Positions 27,737 to 32,000 of a stretch of 32,000 nt of DNA are shown one piece after another. Location of the stretch: assembly GCF_000195955.2 (NCBI RefSeq), contig NC_000962.3:3300001-3332000 (forward strand), given 5' to 3'. Within the stretch, counting starts at the first letter, position 1. The number at the start of each line of letters is the position of its first letter. The DNA comes from Mycobacterium tuberculosis H37Rv. GTDB taxonomy: Bacteria; Actinomycetota; Actinomycetes; Mycobacteriales; Mycobacteriaceae. The notes beneath the pieces are model-generated. The model did no database searches and was not told the origin of the DNA. It saw nothing but the letters and a program-made list of their open reading frames with translations. The translations under genes and the position numbers were made by a program.

Positions 27737-29946
27737 GACTTATCTAAGTATTCGATGCGGTCGGTGCTGGTGAATCGCGCGGCCATCAGCGCCAATGCGG
27801 GGTCTGTGGGGTTCTTGTAAGCCTCGATGCAGAAGTCCCGCGCGGCCACTATGTATTCCTCGTGTTCGGCCAATGACAGCAACCGCAGCGTGATGGCCTT
27901 GCCGGATTGGTTGCGGCCCAGCACATCTCCCTCCTTGCGCTCCTTCAGATCCAGATCGGCGAGGGCGAACCCGTCCATTGTCCCGGCGACCGCACGCAGC
28001 CGCTGACCCGCCGGCGTATCCGGCGGCACCCAGCTGGCCAGCAGACACACGCTGGGATGTTCGCCGCGCCCGATGCGGCCGCGCAGCTGGTGCAATTGGC
28101 TGATGCCGAACCGGTCGGCGTCCATCACCAGCATGACCGTAGCGTTGGGGACATCGACGCCAACCTCAATGACCGTGGTGCACACCAGCACATCGACCTC
28201 ACCGGCCCGGAAAGCCGCCATCGCAGCGTCCTTGTCGTCGGCCGACAACCGTCCATGCATGAGCGCCAACCGCAACTCTGCGAGCTCGGCGGAACGCAAC
28301 CGGGAGAACAGGCCTTCGGCAGTGGCCGATGGTCGGACGCCGCCTTGAACGTCGGTGTCGTCGGACTCATCGATGCGGGGCGCCACCACATAGGCCTGGC
28401 GGCCGGCGGCAGCCTCTTCGATGATGCGCCGCCAGGCGCGGTCGAGCCAGGCGGGCTTGTCCTTGACAAAGATGACGTTGGTGGCAATCGGCTGGCGCCC
28501 GAGCGGAAGTTCGCGCAGCGTAGAGGTTTCCAGGTCGCCATAGACGGTCAGCGCGACCGTGCGCGGTATCGGCGTCGCGGTCATCACCAGCAGGTGCGGG
28601 GTAATGCCGGCGGGGGCCTTGGCGCGCAACTGATCTCGCTGCTCGACACCAAACCGGTGTTGCTCGTCGACCACCACCATGCCCAGGTTGTGAAAGTCGA
28701 CGGCCTCCTGCAGCAGCGCGTGCGTGCCGATGACGATGCCGACCTGACCGCTGGCGATTTCGGCGCGAACTTGCTTCTTCTGCCCTGCCGTCATCGAACC
28801 GGTGAGCAGTGCCACCCGGGTGGCGTTTTCGGCGCCTCCCAGTTGGCCGCCCATGGCCAGCGGCCCTAGGACATCGCGGATCGATCGCAAGTGTTGTGCG
28901 GCAAGGACTTCCGTTGGCGCCAGCAGGGCACACTGGTAACCCGCGTCCACCATCTGCAGCATCGCCAACACCGCAACGATCGTTTTGCCCGAGCCCACTT
29001 CGCCTTGCAGCAGGCGATTCAGCGGGCGGTTCGCCGCGAGCCCGTCGGACAACACGTCGAGCACCTCACGCTGTCCCGCCGTCAGCTCAAAAGGCAACCG
29101 CCGCAGTAGCTCAGCGGCAAGACCGTTAGATTTCCAGGCCGCCGAGGGCCCGGATTCCGACAGTTCACCGTGCCGTCGGGCCACCAGCGCCCACTGCAGA
29201 CCCACGGCCTCGTCGAAGGTCAGGCGTTCCCGGGCGCGCTCGCGTAACGACTGGCTTTCGGCAAGGTGAATGGCGCGCAGTGCCTCGTCCTCGGGGATCA
29301 GGCCGTGCTTGGCGCGTAGTTCCGCGGGCAACGGATCATCGACCCGGTCGAGAACATCGAGCACCTGCCGCACGCATTTGAAGATGTCCCAGCTCTGCAC
29401 TTTTGTGCTGGCCGGATAGATCGGGAAGAAACGACGCTCGAACTCCTCCACGACCAATTCACCGCTGATGGCCTTGGAGGCATCAGCGATACTTTTGAGC
29501 GACCTGGTGCCGTGGTTCTTCCCGTCCGGCGAGTCGAGGATGAGAAACGCCGGATGCGTGAGCTGCATCGCGCCCTTGTAGTAGCCGACTTCCCCGGAGA
29601 GCATCACCTTCGTGTGCTTGGTGAGGTCCCGCATGATGTAGTCCGCGTTGAAGAACGTGGCCGTCACCTTGTTGCGGCCGCCGCCGACGGTGATGCGCAG
29701 ACATTTCCGATTCGGCTTCTTTTTCATCGGAAACGAATACGTATCGGTGATCACGTCGACGATGGTGATGTGCTCGCCAGCTTCCGGTCGCGCGTCACCG
29801 ATACCCACCCGCGCCGCGCCCTCGACGTAGCTGCGCGGGTAGTGGCGGAGCAGGTCGTCGACGGTCCGCATGCCGAACTGCTCGTCGAGGGCATCGGCTG
29901 CCGTGGCGCCGAGGACGCGATCGAGCCGATCGCTTAACGACGCCAC
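27733..29946 (-). CDS. recG: ATP-dependent DNA helicase RecG
   Basis: 737-aa ORF from GTG 29946. Walker A motif GEVGSGKTIVA, DEQH box VVVDEQHRFG and helicase C-terminal motif QLHQLRGRIGRG. Confidence 0.95.
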   Translation of the reverse strand: MASLSDRLDRVLGATAADALDEQFGMRTVDDLLRHYPRSYVEGAARVGIGDARPEAGEHITIVDVITDTYSFPMKKKPNRKCLRITVGGGRNKVTATFFNADYIMRDLTKHTKVMLSGEVGYYKGAMQLTHPAFLILDSPDGKNHGTRSLKSIADASKAISGELVVEEFERRFFPIYPASTKVQSWDIFKCVRQVLDVLDRVDDPLPAELRAKHGLIPEDEALRAIHLAESQSLRERARERLTFDEAVGLQWALVARRHGELSESGPSAAWKSNGLAAELLRRLPFELTAGQREVLDVLSDGLAANRPLNRLLQGEVGSGKTIVAVLAMLQMVDAGYQCALLAPTEVLAAQHLRSIRDVLGPLAMGGQLGGAENATRVALLTGSMTAGQKKQVRAEIASGQVGIVIGTHALLQEAVDFHNLGMVVVDEQHRFGVEQRDQLRAKAPAGITPHLLVMTATPIPRTVALTVYGDLETSTLRELPLGRQPIATNVIFVKDKPAWLDRAWRRIIEEAAAGRQAYVVAPRIDESDDTDVQGGVRPSATAEGLFSRLRSAELAELRLALMHGRLSADDKDAAMAAFRAGEVDVLVCTTVIEVGVDVPNATVMLVMDADRFGISQLHQLRGRIGRGEHPSVCLLASWVPPDTPAGQRLRAVAGTMDGFALADLDLKERKEGDVLGRNQSGKAITLRLLSLAEHEEYIVAARDFCIEAYKNPTDPALALMAARFTSTDRIEYLDKS

Positions 29947-29948
29947 CG

Positions 29949-31361
29949 CTACTCGACCCCGATCAGCAGCGCGTCGCCGCGGTGTCCGGTGCGGTAGGAG
30001 ACCAGCTCGGTGCCTGGATGGTGGTCGTGCACATGCCGTTCCAGGACGACAGCCACGTCTTCGGTTACGCCGGCGCCAATTAGCACCGTCACCAGATCGC
30101 CTCCCGATGCCAACAACAGGTCGACCAGACCGATGGCCGCCGCGGCGACATCGTCGGCGACGATCAGCACCTCGTCGCCCGCGATACCCAGACCGTCGCC
30201 CGGCTTGCAGGTACCGGCCCAGGTCAGCGCCTTTTGGGTGGCAATGCGCACCGATCCGTGCCGGGAAGCACCGGCGGCACGGGCCATGCTGTAGCCGTCG
30301 TCGACGGCCTGGCGGGCCGCGTCATGCACGGCCAGCGCGGCCAACCCCTGCACCATCGATCCGGTCGGCACGGGTACCACGTCGACGCCCCAGCCGATCG
30401 CCGCGGTACACCCGGCCACCAGTTCTTCGGCGGCCACATAGCCATTGGGCAGCACCATCACGTGCGCGGCGCCGGTGTCTACCACGGCCCGCACCAGCTG
30501 GTGGGCACTGATATCGGCGGCCGGTGTCACGGCGTCTGGACCCGGTCGCAGCACGCAGGCGCCCTCCCCGGCGAACAGCTCGGCGGCACCGTCGCCGTCG
30601 ACGACCGCCAGCACGGCGCGGCCCCGCGTCCAGCCACCGGCCGGCAATCCGCTGGTCCCGGAACCGAGCGCCGAGATCACGATCCGGCTAACTCGCCCCA
30701 CCGCCAATCCGGCTTCCACGGCGGCACCGGCGTCGTCGGTGTGGACGTGTACGGAGTAGCTGTCGGGCGGAGCAGCGGCGATGGCCACCGACTCACCCAA
30801 TTCCTTGAGTCGATCCCGCAACTGGTCCGCCGCTGCAGCATCACATACCGCCAACAGATACATCACCTCGAATTGCGGGGCGGGGCGTTGGGTAGCCGTG
30901 TCGGTCGGCAACGCGCGCGGCGAGGGTTCGTAGACCGCCCGGGCAGGTGCCTGCCCGCAGATGGTGGAGCGCAACGCGTCCAGCAGAACCAGCAGGCCCC
31001 GTCCGCCGGCGTCCACCGCGCCCGCATCGGCGAGCACGTCAAGCTGTTCGGGGGTCTTTTCCAGCGCGATGACCGCCGCGTCACCGGCGGCGGTGACCGC
31101 ACCGGCCAACCCCTCGTGCGCGCACTGGTCGACGGCTCCGGCGGCGGCCCGCAGCACCGAGACGATAGTTCCCGGCACCTCCACGCCACCCATCGACGCG
31201 ACGACCAACTCGACGCCGCGCCACAACGCGGCCCCGAGGGCGTTGGCGTCGACCGCCCGCAATACCGCGCCAGAGGCGGCGGCCGCAGTCGCGGTCACCT
31301 CTGCGATCCCGCGCAGGATCTGGGACAGGATCACGCCGGAGTTGCCGCGAGCTCCGTTCAA
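29949..31361 (-). CDS. Rv2974c: DAK2/YloV-family protein, C-terminal 470-aa portion of a split gene
   Basis: It begins at a TTG inside the conserved DAK2 motif (L)NGARGNSGVILSQ, a point where intact homologues are continuous. Its stop lies 2 nt from the recG start. Confidence 0.75.
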   Translation of the reverse strand: MNGARGNSGVILSQILRGIAEVTATAAAASGAVLRAVDANALGAALWRGVELVVASMGGVEVPGTIVSVLRAAAGAVDQCAHEGLAGAVTAAGDAAVIALEKTPEQLDVLADAGAVDAGGRGLLVLLDALRSTICGQAPARAVYEPSPRALPTDTATQRPAPQFEVMYLLAVCDAAAADQLRDRLKELGESVAIAAAPPDSYSVHVHTDDAGAAVEAGLAVGRVSRIVISALGSGTSGLPAGGWTRGRAVLAVVDGDGAAELFAGEGACVLRPGPDAVTPAADISAHQLVRAVVDTGAAHVMVLPNGYVAAEELVAGCTAAIGWGVDVVPVPTGSMVQGLAALAVHDAARQAVDDGYSMARAAGASRHGSVRIATQKALTWAGTCKPGDGLGIAGDEVLIVADDVAAAAIGLVDLLLASGGDLVTVLIGAGVTEDVAVVLERHVHDHHPGTELVSYRTGHRGDALLIGVE

Positions 31362-31612
31362 CGCGCGCCGGCCGCGAGAGCGGCCGCAACCCGCGCCACG
31401 TCTTCGGCGTCAGCCTGCGAATTCGCGTGCAAATCAGCTTCTACGACCGCGGCACGCATGGTGAACAGCATGTTGACGCCGGTATCGGAGTCAGCGACCG
31501 GGAACACATTGAGCCGGTTGATCTCGTCGATGTGGAGGATCAGATCGCTGACGACGGCGTGTGCCCAGTCCCGCAAGGCCGAGGCGTCCAACGGCCGATC
31601 CGCCGTCCCCAC
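31358..31612 (-). CDS. Rv2975c: DAK2/YloV-family protein, N-terminal 84-aa portion of a split gene
   Basis: GTG 31612 lies 9 nt after GGAGG. It encodes ...INRLNVFPVADSDTGVNMLFT (the DAK2 N-terminal motif) and ends in a TGA that overlaps the TTG of the downstream part (TTGA, 31358-31361). Confidence 0.7.
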   Translation of the reverse strand: MGTADRPLDASALRDWAHAVVSDLILHIDEINRLNVFPVADSDTGVNMLFTMRAAVVEADLHANSQADAEDVARVAAALAAGAR

Positions 31613-31614
31613 TA

Positions 31615-31646
31615 CAACACACCTCCTCCGCAACACACCTCCTCCG
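31615..31646. repeat. Perfect 16-bp tandem duplication (2 copies) in the DAK2 gene leader
   Basis: caacacacctcctccg occurs at 31615-31630 and again at 31631-31646. On the coding (minus) strand each copy reads CGGAGGAGGTGTGTTG, so the Shine-Dalgarno sequence is duplicated. Confidence 0.9.
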
Positions 31647-31853
31647 CGCCAGCCCGCGCCCCGAGCCTAACCAGACGTGGTGACAGCACGGTCACGACGC
31701 CGCTCTCCCGGCCAAGGCGGGTGCTGACATGTCCGCGAAGGGCTGATCGTTTTGGCGCTACCGCACAACAATGGCTATCCTGTGCTAGCCGCGGGCTACA
31801 CGTAGGCGTCCCGGCCAGGTCGCCGGACCTAAGAGATTTGAGGAGCTTGACGA

Positions 31854-32000
31854 ATGGCCGCTGTGTGCGATATCTGCGGGAAAGGCCCCGGCTTCGGCAA
31901 GTCGGTGTCGCACTCCCACCGCCGCACCAGCCGCCGGTGGGATCCGAACATCCAGACTGTGCACGCCGTGACCCGTCCCGGCGGCAACAAGAAGCGACTC
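31854..32000 (+). CDS. rpmB: 50S ribosomal protein L28; 3' end cut by the window edge
   Basis: ATG 31854 lies 8 nt after AGGAG. It reads [49 protein letters not shown], including the L28 signature SHSHRRT. It is divergent from the DAK2-recG operon, as in many Gram-positive bacteria. Confidence 0.9.
   Translation, partial: MAAVCDICGKGPGFGKSVSHSHRRTSRRWDPNIQTVHAVTRPGGNKKRL

Noticed and set aside
27907-28869. 320-aa plus-strand ORF
   Set aside because: It is antisense to recG, whose frame carries all the helicase motifs.
30234-31670. 478-aa plus-strand ORF, the longest unexplained ORF in the window
   Set aside because: It is exactly antisense to the split DAK2 gene and is Gly/Arg/His/Pro-rich with no motif. 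The sense strand carries the DAK2 signatures, so this is a GC-driven open antisense frame.

Overview
High-GC actinobacterial chromosome. By gene order, protein lengths and motifs it looks colinear with the Mycobacterium tuberculosis complex segment Rv2949c to Rv2975c plus rpmB; this is recognised from memory, not from a search. Positions 1-15.1 kb hold the tailoring part of the phenolic glycolipid (PGL) / p-hydroxybenzoic acid derivative (p-HBAD) / phthiocerol dimycocerosate (DIM) locus: chorismate pyruvate-lyase, FadD29, an F420-dependent ketoreductase, the phthiotriol methyltransferase, an enoyl reductase, three fucose O-methyltransferases, one GT2 and two paralogous GT1 glycosyltransferases, and a rhamnose O-methyltransferase. 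Positions 15.2-32 kb are mostly housekeeping: a copper-regulon permease, purU, a coaD-rsmD-pca operon interrupted by MIRU repeats, a VKOR/DsbA-like pair, lipN, an aldo-keto reductase, a recG operon with a split DAK2 gene, and the start of rpmB. I found no convincing new multi-gene system; most of the window is well-described biology. The observations I consider least explained are: (i) a 61-codon ORF with a strong signal peptide and two Cys in an otherwise empty 870-bp gap; (ii) an exported DUF1524/His-Me-finger nuclease-like protein whose start overlaps the recG stop; (iii) a chain of overlapping mini-ORFs inside MIRU repeats linking pca, rsmD and coaD; (iv) two decayed IS fragments bracketing one copy of a duplicated glycosyltransferase; (v) a heavily deleted aldo-keto reductase pseudogene; (vi) low-GC genes scattered through the PGL locus. 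Many long ORFs in the track are antisense or out-of-frame artefacts of high GC content and were rejected.
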